Part shown: piece by piece, positions 38,325-52,732 of the stretch
How positions within the stretch are numbered: position 1 is the stretch's first letter
How the letters are laid out: every line of letters begins with the position of its first letter
Source of the DNA: Octopus vulgaris
Lineage: Eukaryota
Assembly: GCA_951406725.2 (NCBI GenBank)
Contig: OX597831.1
Coordinates: forward strand, 69,936,001 to 70,000,000
Direction of reading: 5' to 3'
DNA: 64,000 nt
Program-made: the position numbers and the translations under genes
The notes under the pieces: model-generated
Databases searched by the model: none
What the model was told of the DNA's origin: nothing
Seen by the model: only the letters and a program-made list of their open reading frames with translations

Positions 38325-38605
38325 GTATGGCCATTGCCAGTGCCACGCCGACTGGCGTCCGTGCTAGTGGCACGTAAAAGGCACCATCCGATCGTGGCCG
38401 TTTGCCAGCCTCGTCTGGCACCTGTGCAGGTAGCACATAAAAAGCATCCACTACACTCATGGAGCGGTTGGCGTTAGGAAGGGCATCCAGCCGTAGAAAC
38501 ATTGCCAGATCAGACAGGGCCTGGCACAGCCTTCCGGCTTCCGAGACCCCTGTTGAACCGTCCAACCCATGCTAGCATGGAAAACGGACGTTAAACGATA
38601 ATGAC
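38325..38605 (+). mobile_element. RTE 3'UTR fragment
   Basis: gttaggaagggcatccagcc..ggacgttaaacgataatga. Confidence 0.8.
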
Positions 38606-40446
38606 ACACATACACACACTCAGACACAACACATACTCACACACAACATACACATACAAGTAAACATTGCTGCTCTCCACACCTCTTGAACTGCTGCTTG
38701 TCACCTCATCCTTTCTGAGCCATATCTATTTCTCTCAACTCCTTTGCCATACTAATATTTATCCACCAGACTTCTACCCCTTTGCATTACTCCCTACATC
38801 AACTTGTAGCCCAACCGCGAGCCATCTGTCACTCATTCCAACACTTTTATGAAATTTCTTACCCATTCCTTCTTTCATCCACTGTTTTTATTTCCCCCTT
38901 AGACTCACCTTCTTGTACTTTGAAAATATGCTCTGACATCCCATCATAATTACATAATGACCAGGTAAATCAAGATCAATGTAATAGTAAGAGTAAGTAT
39001 GGATGTAATTGTAGAGCAGGTAGTAATTATCTACAGAATGGAAACATCCTGCTTAGAAACATTCTGTATAAAAATAATATAGTGATACATAATGCATGCA
39101 AATATCACACAAGGTCTACAACAAATCATTTAACAAATGTTATATTCCCTTTCATTCACTAATCATTCACTAATCTTAGTTTTAGACACTCAAGCTTTCT
39201 GGTAGAATATATATATATTATTTACTTCAAACCCAACTGCCAACTCTCTGTCACTTCCTACACTTTCAGGAAAGTTCTCACCGTTCCTTCTCCTCTCATC
39301 CACCGTTTATATTTTCCCTTATACTTATCTTCTAGTAGAAATATATTTTATCTACTAAAGGTATAAATTGTAGCTTGGAAAGGAGTATTACATATTCAAC
39401 CAAATGTGCTGAAGAGATAGAAAGAAGTACTATCATTTATGTACAAGTGAAACACCTGAAAGTTTAATAGCAGATTGAAGTTTATTAAACAGAATAAATG
39501 AAATTATTATTAAATGCTGGTAGAAATTTTCTTTGACATTTAATTATCATGCAATACAAAAATATGAAAAATTATGATGGTGGTGATGGTGATGGTGATT
39601 GTGGTAGTAAGAAGAGGAAGAAAATGATGTATGATAGTACAGGATGGAGCTATATTAATTATAATTGTAGCCATATTAATGTAGATGTATGTGCAAAGGA
39701 CTTTTTCTAAATATGATTACAGATGTTAACGACATTAGTGAATCAGTATGATATAATTAAAATTGAGTTTACGTGTAGTGACTCCCTATTGTCACTTTCA
39801 CTCAGCTTTCTTTCATTAAATTTTCGTTAATAATTTAATTGATTATGCTTATGCACTTTAAAAATCATACTCTCTACATCATATTCTAAGTTCCATTCAG
39901 AAAATGATAGCTACGAATAAATATTGGTGTTTATGTATCCAAATTTATCTGAAATCTGCTCGCAAATAATAATACCACAAATAACATTATAATTTTAAAT
40001 AAGGTTTACATTTAACGATTCCCTACTGCTTTAGTTTAACATTTCTACATTCACATTGCCTATCATGCACATGATCGTTTAATCAATTATTATACCGTAA
40101 TTGATCAATTATTCAAATTTATTCTTATTTATCTGACCGATCATGTGTTAACTGCTAACTGCTACAAAACCATATTATGTTTTTCTAAGATTTTCCAAGG
40201 ATTTTCAAATATTCATGTGAACTTTTCTCTGCTTCATGATATTATATGATATTCTTTTGTATTACACTATCATGTTATATTATCATGTCTTTAATATGCA
40301 AATACGATTTGCATCATTGCTAATTCTCTGTAACACATGGCTTATTTATGTAGTTTAGTTATGAAATATTCTATGTATCACTCCCTAACTATGATATATT
40401 TGAGTATTCTATGTGACAAATGAATGTATAATATAATGCACTTAGA

Positions 40447-41220
40447 AATGTAGCCGTGTGGTGAGAAGCACATGGTTTTGGGTTCAGTCTCACTGCCTAA
40501 CACTTTGGCCAAGTGTCTTCTGCTATAACCTCAGGCTGACCAAAGCTTTGCAAGTAGCTTTTATAGATGGAAACTGAAATAATTTTGTAATATATGTGCG
40601 TATGTGTGTGTATATATATATATATATCATTATCATCATCATCGTTTACCGTCCGTTTTCCATGCTAGCATGGGTTGGATGGTTCGACTGGGGTCTGGGG
40701 AGCCAGGGACCTGCACTAGGCTCCAGTCTGATCTGGCAGTGTTTCTACAGCTGGATGCCCTTCCTAATGCCAACCACTCCATGAGTGTAGTGGGTGCTTT
40801 TTATATGCCACCTGCACAGGTATCACAACTACAATTTCCATTTGATATTTATTTTGGTGTTGATGTACTTGACTCAATAGGTCTCCTCAAGCACAGCAGG
40901 TCATGTGCCACTGGCACAGAAGCCAGTCAAGGCGGCGCTATATCATGATGATGATATATATATATATATATACAAATATATATACACACACGTGTGTGCT
41001 TGTGTGTCTGTGTATGTGGTGTTTATCTTCTCACATTGCTTGGCAACTAGCGTTGATTTATTTATGTCCCTGTAACTTAGCAATTTGGCAAAAGAGACTA
41101 ACAGAATAAGAACCAGGCTTTAAAAGAAGTCCTTGGGGATCAATCCATTCAGCTAAAAGTTCTTCAAAGCAGTGCTCCAGCCTAACCACACTCTTATGAC
41201 TGAAGCAAATAAACCATAAA
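40447..41220 (+). mobile_element. SINE family A split by an antisense RTE 3'UTR insertion (40627-40940)
   Basis: Head 40447-40580 and tail 40985-41220; RTE piece lies in the internal TA tract. Confidence 0.7.
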
Positions 41221-42704
41221 AAAAGGAAAGACATGTCCATGTGGGCTGGGGTATGCATAGTGAAGGTGTGCAGCCTAGTGGTCAGGGTGTTGCACTCACA
41301 GCTGCAACATTGTGGTTTGCACTATTGAACTGGGCTGTGCGCAGCACTTCGTTTCACATTGCTGCAGTCCACTCTGTCGTAAACAAGTAACTCTGAAATG
41401 GGTTAACTTTCTCTGAATGAGAATGTTGTGATCTCATTCACTTATGCACCCTGGAAAGCAGGTAATAAGCCTTCAGCCTATACCATAGGAATACTTGGAG
41501 TCCTTCACTAATGTAAACAATATTGTTAGCCTGGTGTTCCAACAGAGGGCTTATGAAGTATTTTGCCTAGATTGATAATCTCTCACTGTACACGAATGCA
41601 CACAAATCTGCATGCACACACACGTATTTTATATGTAGTTAAGTCTATGTCCAGTTACAGAGTGACCAATGGTTTTGCATCTACAAAGGGCTTAGCACCA
41701 TGGACAGCTCATCAAACTCTAAAGCTGAAGACAACTATTGGTCACTCTATCACTGGACATAGACTTAACTACATATGAATACATTACTGTTCTATGCTTT
41801 AGAGTGTGCTTCTTATTTGGATATACGATACCCTAATATATATATTCCAAGCTGGTATGGTTTGGGCAGTTGTTCAGGATTCAAGAGATCAGAGAACTGC
41901 ATTTAACTCCAATACCTGTTTTGGCGTGGTTTCTATGGGTGGATAACCTTTCCGTTGCCAACCACTTTACAGAGTGTATTGGGTGCTTTTCTAGTCACCA
42001 GCACTAGAGAGATTGCAAGACAAGACTCCTTGATTAAAAGGCAGGGAGTAGTAAGGAGGGATTTGCTATATGTCAGTTGTTGAAAGCTAGAGTGTGATAG
42101 TGAGATAGGAACTAGAGTTTCGCTGTAGAAGAGATACATAGTATACATCATAGGTTAACAGGCAAATGTAAAGAAATAAATAACATTTTATGTGTGTGTA
42201 TATGTATATATGTGTGTGTGTGTGTGTGTGTGTATGTGTGTGTGTGTATGTGTGTGTGTGTGAATGAATACATGTATATGTGTGTTTGTGTTTCTCTGCG
42301 TGTATATATGTGTATGGTCCTATGTAGTTTTGATGTGTGTGTGTGTGTGTATACATCTCTCCCTCTATATATTTTGTATGTATGGGTATGTGTGTGTGTG
42401 GTGGGGGTATTGGTATGTGTTTATGTTTGTAATAAACACTCAATTTAAACAGTGAATGACAAATTCTAAAATATCAGTTTGAAAATCATTTTTAAGTGAG
42501 AAATTCCTATCAGAGTCACCTTTTTTTTTAAACACCTCATAACTTATAAACATCCAATTATTAGAGGGGAAAAATTATCAGAAAAGCCATTTCTATTCCC
42601 TTTTTAGAATATATAATACTGTACCAAGAACTTTCTATTTCTATTTCTTATTCTACTATGTATATATATATATGTGTGTGTGTGTGTGTATGTATATATA
42701 TATA

Positions 42705-42982
42705 TCACGTGATCACGTGATCGACCAGACCATCAGATGTTGTTACACATCGCTGGTCACAATGCGTTCGCATTGTTTTAGCCTTCGAATGACGCCACTC
42801 TGCTGGCTAAGCGAGCAGGCCAACAGACGAAAGATTGAGAGAAAGAGTGGTGAAAGAGTACAGCAGGGATCACCACCCCCTGCCGGAGCGTCGTGGAGCT
42901 TTTAGGTGTTTTCGCTCAATAAACACTCACAACGCCCGGTCTGGGAATCGAAACCACGATCCTATGACCGTGAGTCTGCTGA
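42705..42982 (-). mobile_element. SINE family C, head truncated and joined to a CR1 3'UTR fragment (42983-43035)
   Basis: Near identity to 4357-4630; the following sequence is the reverse complement of 45075-45131. Confidence 0.8.
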
Positions 42983-43033
42983 CTCATACACTGTTCACTT
43001 TCCAGACATTTGTACATTACTGCATACACTTTG

Positions 43034-43064
<31 letters not shown>

Positions 43065-43084
43065 GTATATATGTGTATGAAACA

Positions 43085-43380
43085 TTCAAGCGAGGTCATC
43101 ACCAGTGCCGCTGGACTGGCTCCTGTACAGGTGGTACATAAAAAGCACCATTTGGGCATGCCCGTTGCCAGTTCCACCAAACTGGCCCTCGTGCCGGTGG
43201 CATGTAAAAGCACCCACTACACTCTCGGAGTGGTTGATGTTAGGAAGGGCATCCAGCTGTAGAAACTCTACCAGATCAGATTGGAGTTTGGTTCACCAGA
43301 CCTCAGTTAAATCGTCCGACCCATGCTAGCAAGGGAAGCGGACGTTAAATGATGATGATGAGGATGATGATGATGATGAT
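43085..43380 (+). mobile_element. RTE 3'UTR fragment
   Basis: aggaagggcatccagctgtagaaac and (GAT)n tail. Confidence 0.8.
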
Positions 43381-44086
43381 ATATATTATATAGTTTGTGT
43401 GAGCTAACAATCGTACTGACTTTCATGGGAAACATGTATTTTTGTGGTTGAAACCTATTGGATCTATTACTAGTGCTAGAGTGAGCCACATAGTGACCAC
43501 TCTCTTATATTTATATATATTATATATATATATACTCATTTCAGCCATGTAACTATACCCATGCTTTTCTCAGACTATTCTCTTCCTTCCCTTCAGACCT
43601 TCCCCTCTTTCCTCTTTATGACAAAAATCCATACTCGAAAAGTCATACCCTCTCTTTTTCCCCTCATCTTAAACTGTGCATCAACCTAATACATTCACTG
43701 TGTATGCACTTTTGTTGTTTTTGTTTTCATTTTTGATTTCCCCCCCCCCCCCACACACACACACCTATGCATTTTGTCGGCTGGTAGTAAATATGTGCAT
43801 ACATGAGTTCATGTAATAATCTACAGGACCAAGTTGCTTCATTATATTTCTTTGATCTCTCAAGATCCATTGTTCTGCAATGGTACTTTAGGACACTACT
43901 AAACTTTAGCATCTACGAGTGGTTGAACCTGATTGGCTAAGACATTATCCTGATGGCGACAATAATTCATTTATTGACCAATTTATCCAGTGACCAGCAG
44001 AACTAATATCCTTATTTGTGATTTACTTTTCTTTTTATTTCATTTTCTGCTATTTTTACTGTTGTTATCCTTTTATATTTTATATA

Positions 44087-44296
44087 TCTCTTTCTCTCTT
44101 TTACTTGTTTCAGTCATTTTGACTGCGGCCATGCTGGAGCACCGCCTTTAGTCGAGCAAATCGACCCCGGGACTTATTCCTTGTAAGCCTAGTACTTATT
44201 CTATCGGTTTCTTTTGCCGAACCACTAAGTTACGGTGACGTAAACACACCAGCATCGGTTGTCAAGCGATGGTGCGGGGGACAAACACAGACACAA

Positions 44297-44373
<77 letters not shown>

Positions 44374-44538
44374 TACGACGGGCTTCTATCAGTTTCTGTC
44401 TACCAAATCCACTCACAAGGCATTGGTCGGCCCGGGGCTATAGCAGAAGACACTTGCCCAAGATGCCACGCAGTGGGACTGAACCCGGAACCATGTGGTT
44501 GGTTAGCAAGCTACTTACCACACAGCCACTCCTGCGCC
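44087..44538 (-). mobile_element. SINE family A
   Basis: Full-length match. Confidence 0.9.
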
Positions 44539-45016
44539 TTTTTTATTTTATATTTACTTTTTATTGTTGTCTTTTTATTTCTGCTCCTTTTTCCTTCATT
44601 ATTCCTATATTTCCTTTTTCCCTTTCTATTTCTAACTTTTTCTTTTCCTTATTGCTTTCTATGCATAGATGTGGTTTTCATTTAGTAAATCGTTTTCCAA
44701 AACGAAAACCTAATAATTTGCTTCTTACATCCTTTGTCATTATATTTTATAATGAAAGTCATTGTAATGTTATATGAATCATATAGTTTTATTCAAATAC
44801 ATGTGTATGTAAATGTATAAACACACATACTCACACAGCACACACACATCATCATCATCATCATTATTATCATTGTCATCGTTATTGTTTAGCATTAATT
44901 TTAAATGATGATAAAGATGGTGATGATGATGATGTGTGTGTGAGTGTGTATTTTTACATTTTTGTTTAACATGCAGACAACCAGTTTTTTGTTTATATAT
45001 ATCTATATATCTATAT

Positions 45017-45875
45017 AATAATAATGAAATTATTGTATACAGGGCTCAGGTGCACCACAGCTTGTCAAAAGTGCATACAAAGTGTATGCAGTAATGTACA
45101 AATGTCTGGAAAGTGAACAGTGTATGAGTCAGATACATGTTTGTGTGTGTATGGAGGGGAGAAAATCAGGTGTAGTATTGGCGAATCTCAGGAAGCATGG
45201 AAGTTTTGAAGGATGCAGTGCTCCGACAACTAACAACTGATGCCGCCAGTCTGTTCCATGCTTCAGCAACTCTTAGCGGGAAAAAATGTTTCCGAAAGTC
45301 ATGGGAGCTGTGCTATTTTCTGATTTTGTAAACATGTCCATGGGTGTTAGACAGGTGAAGTCTGAAAAGGTGCCCAGAGTTATTGTTTGTAAGATGGTTA
45401 ATAATTTTATGGGCGTCTGCCAAGTCAGCTGCCAGTCGTCGGAGTTTCAATGTATCCATGCCCAGGGAAGTAAGGCATTCAGAATATGGCAAATGCCTGA
45501 TGGAGGGTATTCTCTTGGTTTCACGTTGCTGAACGGTTTCTAGATGATTAATATCCTGGGCAAGATAGAGGTTCCAGACCAGTGATGCAAATTCCAGGTG
45601 AGGTCGCACCAAAGCTATATAAAGTCGCAGATAGATAGCCAGAGAGCAGCTCACAAAGGACTTGGTGAGTGATGCCAAGACACCCTCAGCCTTCTTGGCA
45701 ATTTTAGCAATGTGTTTTGTCCAACGCAAATTGCTGTCGACAATAATGCCCAGGTCACGTTCACATGAAGACTTTTTGAGATTAGTGTTGTGGAGGGAGT
45801 AAGTAGACGCTGGGTTTTTCCTCCCAAAATGCATGGTGGTACATTTGTCCGCAGCCAGCTTGAGTTGCCAGTCCA

Positions 45876-45876
<1 letters not shown>
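45017..45876 (-). mobile_element. CR1-clade LINE 3' end (ORF2 C-terminus and 3'UTR)
   Basis: ORF 45313..45876: WQLKLAADKC, ERDLGIIVDSNL, LVRPHLEFASLVW, LETVQQRETK and LRRLAADL; (TAT)n tail. Confidence 0.92.
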
Positions 45877-45930
<54 letters not shown>

Positions 45931-46005
45931 ATATATATATATATATATATATATAACAGCCATTGTAAATGTTATAATTTCTTGTTGTTGAGAGAGGCTC
46001 TCTTT

Positions 46006-46087
46006 ATTTCCTGATGAGAAGATTGCATCTTACACCGCTTATTCCTTTGGAATAAAACCATGCTGTCTTCGAAACATTTGTCGAAAT
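46006..46087 (+). ncRNA. Type I hammerhead ribozyme with canonical core
   Basis: Stem I atttc/gaaat; CTGATGA 46011-46017; stem II gaaga..gcat/atgc..tcttc with inner hairpin ttattcc-ttt-ggaataa; GAAA 46071-46074; stem III aca/tgt; GTC triplet (cleavage after 46082). Confidence 0.78.
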
Positions 46088-46129
46088 TAAAGGAATTTTA
46101 TTAACATCTTCGTTCAACTCCATTTATTC

Positions 46130-46196
<67 letters not shown>

Positions 46197-47296
46197 GTTA
46201 GCATAGATGTGCATTTGAGGCAGGATTTTGTGGTTGGATGCTCTTTTTGTTGATTACTCTCATCTTGTAAATGATTTCTTTATACTACGGATTTTCAAAA
46301 TTATTTACTGACCAGTCATAATAACAACGAAAACTGTCAGCAATGACCCACGCAAATCATTCTAGCATCCAAAGCAGGCATAAAATGAAGAGGAAGACAG
46401 TGATGATCAATATTAGCTCAATAAACTTGTAACTGTCATAAATGTACGATAAAGAATGTTAACAGAAAAGGTAAACACACTTTGCAAGTACACAGCCTCA
46501 TGCAATTCTTAGATATGCATTACATAATGCACAACTTTATCAAATTCTGAACTATTGTATTTTCAATTATTATGAAGCTGGAAAATGGGCAGAGCCTGTG
46601 TCTTCTCTCTTTAACTGCCAACTATCTTGGAAATGATGAGATAGATAGATGTGTCTATTACAAGAATATTAGCCTATACTTCAAATGTTTATTTGACTCT
46701 CACTCTAATATAAACATATACATGCATTCATATTCATATATATATAACAACACATAACTTACAACAGAAACCAATTCACCTTTATCGTCTCTGTCTAGTT
46801 CAAAGCCATTTTAATTATTTGTAATTGTCAATGAATGTCAAATAACTATTTGATACTTTAATACAGTCACTGTCATAATACAACCAATGACTAAAGCTGG
46901 TGAGTAGCTTTAGGTAGTTTAAGTAATCCATCAACCAATGGCTCATAACAACTGAAACACTAGCATTGAAACGTAGCTTTAATGAGGTATTAAGAACTTT
47001 ATACTTGGTTTTATTATTTCTTGACTAAATTATCAAACGTCATAATATGCAATGCGTCTTTGGCCTTCTACTTTATGAGAATTTAAGGAATTAAATCTGT
47101 CATCCTATTTAAATGAAGAGAAATGGACTACTGCTTCCTGTGTTGTTGTTGTGGTTGACAATAGAAATTCAATGTTGTAATTTGAGATGAAGTGTCAGAA
47201 TAATTTCAACTGAATATTACTTAAGATCTGAGACTTCGATTGAGAACTTGGCCATGTAGGCTATATGTATGTCAGGCAAATATGGCTGAGAGATTT

Positions 47297-47605
47297 CATC
47301 ATCATCATCATCATCGTTTAACGTCCGTTCTCCATGCTAGCATGAGTTGGATGGCTCGACCGGGGATCTGGGAAGCCAGAAGGCTGCACCAGGCTCCAGT
47401 CTGATCTGGCAGTGTTTCTACAGCTGGATGCCCTTCCTAACACCAACCACTCCGTGAGTGTAGTGGGTGCTTTTTACATGCCACCTGCACAGGTGCCAGG
47501 CGAGGCTGGCAACGGCCACGATCGGATTGGTGCATTTTACGTGCCACCGGCACAGAAGCCAGTTGAGGCGGCACTGGCATCGGCCACGATTCGGATGGTG
47601 CTTGT
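47297..47605 (-). mobile_element. RTE 3'UTR fragment
   Basis: Same family as 3533-4188. Confidence 0.8.
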
Positions 47606-48288
47606 TTTCTGTTAAAATATACTCCCACCTTTTCAAATATGCTGCAGAAGTTGCTTAGTGTTTCTGAGCTGCACACTTTTTACTACATTGCTCAGTTTAG
47701 TAAGGCTGGGCGATTAAATTTCAAGTCATTTGAGAATGCTATCTTTAACAGAAAAATCATGTATCCAGTGGTAGATTTATCTCTCATCCACTTAATACAA
47801 TATAACCAAAGTTAAGGTTTCATGTTTCACTTGCATGCATATACTTTGCATATACCGTCAAAGTTTACTGTTGGTTTATATGTTTTGCATTTATTAGAAA
47901 AGTTTGCTGCTTCTTTAATATTAATATGTTACACAGCATATATTACTAAGGTGTATAGATTCATTTACATACATATCTCTGCATATATTATCAAGGTTTA
48001 CTGCATCATTTGTGTACATATATTTGTATCTATTACCAAGTTCTACTGCTTCATTTACACACAAATATTTTGTATATATTATCAAGGTCTACTGTTTCAG
48101 TTACATACATATCCTTCCATATGTTATTGCTACTATCATCTGGGTTTTTGCATTTACTTTAGCCAAATACTAACCAATTAAGTTTGCTAATTTCTTGTAA
48201 GTTGATTGTTTGTCAGTGTTTAGATCTCATTCTCACTACCCATTTTTCCAAGTTACATGGTAAAATAATAATGATTGGCAACCTTAAA

Positions 48289-48510
48289 CCCTTTAGCATT
48301 TAAACTGGCCATATCCGGCCAAAAGTATTCTGCCTGTTTTATGTTCAAACTGGCCAGGTCTGGTCTCTCACACCAACCCTACAATATCGTTTGAAAAATT
48401 AACAGCTACCTCATCAAAATCTCATAGCTACAAGATTAATGCATGATTAGTTCAAAACAATGTGGATAAAAAAGCATTAATTTTGGCAGAATAATGCGAA
48501 CACTAAAGGG
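48289..48510. mobile_element. piggyBac-like MITE
   Basis: Termini ccctttag/ctaaaggg flanked by ttaa(a)/gtaa, a degenerate TTAA TSD. Confidence 0.65.
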
Positions 48511-48805
48511 GTAAAATATAGTTTGGGGATTAAAGGTTTCTGTTGTAAAGTTCTTCACCATAATGAAAGTTAAATGAATGAGCTCAATATTATTTCTCAG
48601 CCTATTTTAGCAACTATGTTAAAAACAGTAGCCAAATCACCCTAACTCTCTGGTGATTGACCCCATCAATCTCATCAGTCAAACTTCAAAGTTGTCAACC
48701 TTTCCTTGTAAAAATAGACTTAATACTGTACTTAAATGTAATACTGTATTCTTTCAGTTAAAGATTCATTGCTTTTATATATGATTTTAGAAAAAGTACT
48801 TACAC

Positions 48806-48973
48806 CTACATACATACATACATACATACATACATACACACACACATACATACATTCATACATACATACATACATACATACATACACACATACATACATA
48901 CCAACATACATACAAACATGCATACATATATATGTACATACATACATACATACATGCACACATACATACATAC

Positions 48974-49004
<31 letters not shown>

Positions 49005-49266
49005 CATACATACATACATACATACATACACACACACATATATACATTCATACATACATACATTCATACATACATACATACATACATACATACATACATA
49101 CATACATACATACACACATACATACATACCAACATACATACAAACATGCATACATATATATGTACATACATACATGCACACATACATACATACATACATA
49201 CATACATACATACATACATACTTACATACTTACATACATACATACATACATAAATACATACATACA
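48806..49266. repeat. (TACA)n compound microsatellite
   Basis: Direct inspection; internal ~228-bp duplication. Confidence 0.95.
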
Positions 49267-49329
49267 TGGTATACAATTGTGAAAAGAGGGAAGCTGCAAA
49301 CTAGACTAGCAACATCTCCATCAATGACT

Positions 49330-50000
49330 TAACTGCTTCCCCTATATCTGATGAGGAATATTTCAGGTTTCTAGGGGTGGATGAAAATGTACTTTACAAT
49401 GATACCTATAACAAAACACGTCACTAAAGAATATTACAGTTGAATAAAGAAAATTTGGACTTTGGAACTCCCTGCTTTCAATAAAACAGTGACCCACAAT
49501 GTGTTTGCAGTGCCAGTACTCATACCAACATTTGGGCTGCTTGATTGGATGCCTGATGAGATCCGAGGCTTTGATGTGAAAACCCAGAAGATACTAACCA
49601 GTCCACATAATTTCCACATCTACAGTGATGTAGACCATCTCTACCTAAAATGGAAACAACGTAGCAGAGGCTTAACATCGATACAATTTGCCTTTGAATG
49701 TCGTATCATATCCCTTTGAAACCTCTTTTAACCATGAAGTGTCAAAGTGCATCCCTTGACTAAGTTTGCATACTTGAGGCTGAGAACATCATAAGACTTG
49801 GAAGACACCTCCTTGAGTAGCATTCATTGTCTGATAACCTTAAATACATGCCCAAAGAAGTCACACGACTCTACTGTGACATATCATCAGATGAAAGGCT
49901 GACTGTATATGAGCAAAAGACTATGCATGGATATAGTAGAATACACCAAGGTGAAAGTAACATTGATCATCAAAGCAGTCTATCATGGACCAGCAACCAC
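49330..50000 (+). mobile_element. R4/Dong-like non-LTR retrotransposon RT C-terminal fragment
   Basis: YFRFLGV, NVFAVPVLIPTFGLLDW, DVKTQKILT and SDVDHLYLKWKQRSRGL (compare ERLYLxRxxGGRGL). Confidence 0.75.
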
Positions 50001-50861
50001 AATCTTACAATCATGAGTCCAACACCTTAACCACTAAGCCTTGCCTTGTACATTTAAAAATATTTTGAGCAGTTTACCTTTTTACAAAATAATTTAGACA
50101 CATTAAAAACTTTTCTTTTTCTCTTGTTCTTTTATTAACCACATCTTCTTCATCCTATTTACTCTTCCCCATTCTCCTCTAAATCATCATCATCATCATT
50201 ATCATCATCATTTTCCATGACAGATCCATTATCAGTTAAAGTTAAATTATACATTGGTAATTTCTTTTTCATCTTTGCTTTTTTTTCATCCTTTGACTTA
50301 AATTAGACATTCTACATCTAATGAACCATGCAATAATAATGAGAAGTATTTCACAGATGGAAATTTTTATATTTTTATTTTCAAATTTTTATTAATGCAT
50401 TACTACATATGTTTCGGCATGACATGTATTTTTATGGGACCATCTTACCAAATCCATAGGATATTATTAAATGCCATTTATAATATTCATGGACCCTAGG
50501 GGAGTCCATTAAATCGACATGCATATTTCCTTGGGCAATTTTGCATTAATGTACTATATAGATCATATTTCTGTAGCTTATGCTGCATACATGTATAATA
50601 ATATTGGTGACGGTGACAGTATATAGTATATACTATCACCACCACGAATATTGGTGTATATATTATATAGCATTGATGACAGCTAGATGACAAGGGCCAG
50701 TGGTATATGTAGTTAGTTATGCATGCATTCTCATTTCATATATATATATATATAAATATACACACCTATGTGTATATGTATGTATAGACATATAATATGT
50801 ATGTGTATATATACACACATACACATCTATCTATCTGTATGTATGTATCTATGCATGAATG

Positions 50862-50895
<34 letters not shown>

Positions 50896-50896
50896 C

Positions 50897-50927
<31 letters not shown>

Positions 50928-50959
50928 TATATATGCTCGTACACACATATAAGTAAATG

Positions 50960-50994
<35 letters not shown>

Positions 50995-51624
50995 TTAAGC
51001 ATTGTAATACTAATAACCAGTTGTCTGGACTTAATATACATGTATTTTAGAGTAAAGTGTTAGTGAGGTACAGGCTATGGAAAAGTGTGTCACCAGATTT
51101 TTAGTTTCTTATAGAAACTAAAAATTTGCCAATTTATTTGGTCGAAAGTAAGTGTACATATGCATAAATGCACATATACATATATATATATATACACATG
51201 CATAGACACACACATCTAAATGTATATGTAGCACTCAAATGATTTGAACTTTTACTTCCAAAATCTTTATCGAGGACTATTTAGTCCCCAATAAAGATTT
51301 TTACCAACATATATCAGCAATGTATATCGTTGAAAAACTAAACGACTCACGAAATTCCCTTGTCATTCACAAAAATGCAACAAATTAGTTATGAGGCAGA
51401 TGCAAACTTGTAATCAGTGATGTTCTTTTCATAAATTTGAATACAAAATTAAAATGAAAATGCAACATTGTTATTACTTAAGAGTAAATGATATTACCAC
51501 CATCCCTCTTTTATTTGCTTTACATTGTGATGAAGTGACAGAAATCAGAGACTGCTCAGAGTTTTGAATTATTGCTCTGTATCTAAAGTTCATATACTGG
51601 TTTTAAATTTTCAGAGGAGAGACT

Positions 51625-51780
51625 AAATTGATTACATAGCCCCCAGTGCTCAACTGGTACTTATTTATTGACCCTAAAAGGATGAAAGGCAAAGTTGGCC
51701 TCAGCAGAATTTGAACTCAGAATGTAAAGATGGGTGAAATGCTGCCAAGCATTTTGCCCATCATGTTAGCTCACTGCCTT
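51625..51780 (-). mobile_element. SINE family B, diverged
   Basis: aaaggatgaaaggcaaagttggcctcagc motif. Confidence 0.75.
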
Positions 51781-52079
51781 AAATTTGAAGTTCATTCATC
51801 AGCAAGTAGAAAACTATAAGTATCTTCGAGCTGTTTCATGGGTGATGGGAAGCAAGATACTAAAATTGCAAGATACTAAAATTGCATAATAATGTGTAAT
51901 CTCCAGAAGATGAGAGTTTGGCAAAAAGGCCAAATTTTCTATCTTCAGTTCAGTTTTCATGCCTGTCCTCACCTACGGTCAGGAACGTTGGATAATGTTT
52001 GTCAGAGTATGATTGTGAATACAAGTAGCTCAAATAGGGTTCCTCTAAGAAGTCTCTGGAATAACATTCCTCAACAGGA

Positions 52080-52395
52080 TGCTTAGCTTGGAGATCAAGA
52101 AGTCTCTCCAGATCAAGCTAACATTCTCCGCATTGAGAGGTCACAACCTCAGTTCTAGGAACATGTTACAAGAATATCATAGGAAAGAATTGCAAGATGC
52201 ATTCTTTAAACTGAGCAGGAAACCAAGGAGTAAGCCAAAAATGAGATGGTTGGATGATGCCCATATTCTTCGTTGGTCATGCCTGGGAATCTAGTCTTAA
52301 AGATAATTGTTTTTGATAGGATCTTATGGAAGAGGTGCCTAAGGATGCTACCTCCATGATCCTCTCAGAAATAGTGGGTAGAGAAGATGGATGTG
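52080..52395 (+). mobile_element. Old RTE-type LINE 3' end
   Basis: RKPRSKPKMRWLDD..RWSCLGI, resembling the GRPRxRWxD..LGI C-terminus. Confidence 0.55.
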
Positions 52396-52525
52396 TATTG
52401 GCAAGGTCACCTTTGCCATTCATCCTTCAAATTTATTATTGTTGTACAGCTCCATGTCAACTCTAATCTCACAGACTCAAGATCAAATCTTCTAGCCATA
52501 ACTTCACTATCTTGTTTTCAACAAT

Positions 52526-52687
52526 AGGGCACAGGTGTGGATGTGTGGTAAGAAGCTTGTTTCCTATCCACTTGGTTCTGGGTTCAGTCCCACTGCATGG
52601 CATCTTGGACAAGTGTCTTTTACTGTGATCTGAGGCTGACCAAAGCCTTGTGAGTGGATTTGTTAGATGGAAGCTAAAAGAAGCCTG

Positions 52688-52732
<45 letters not shown>

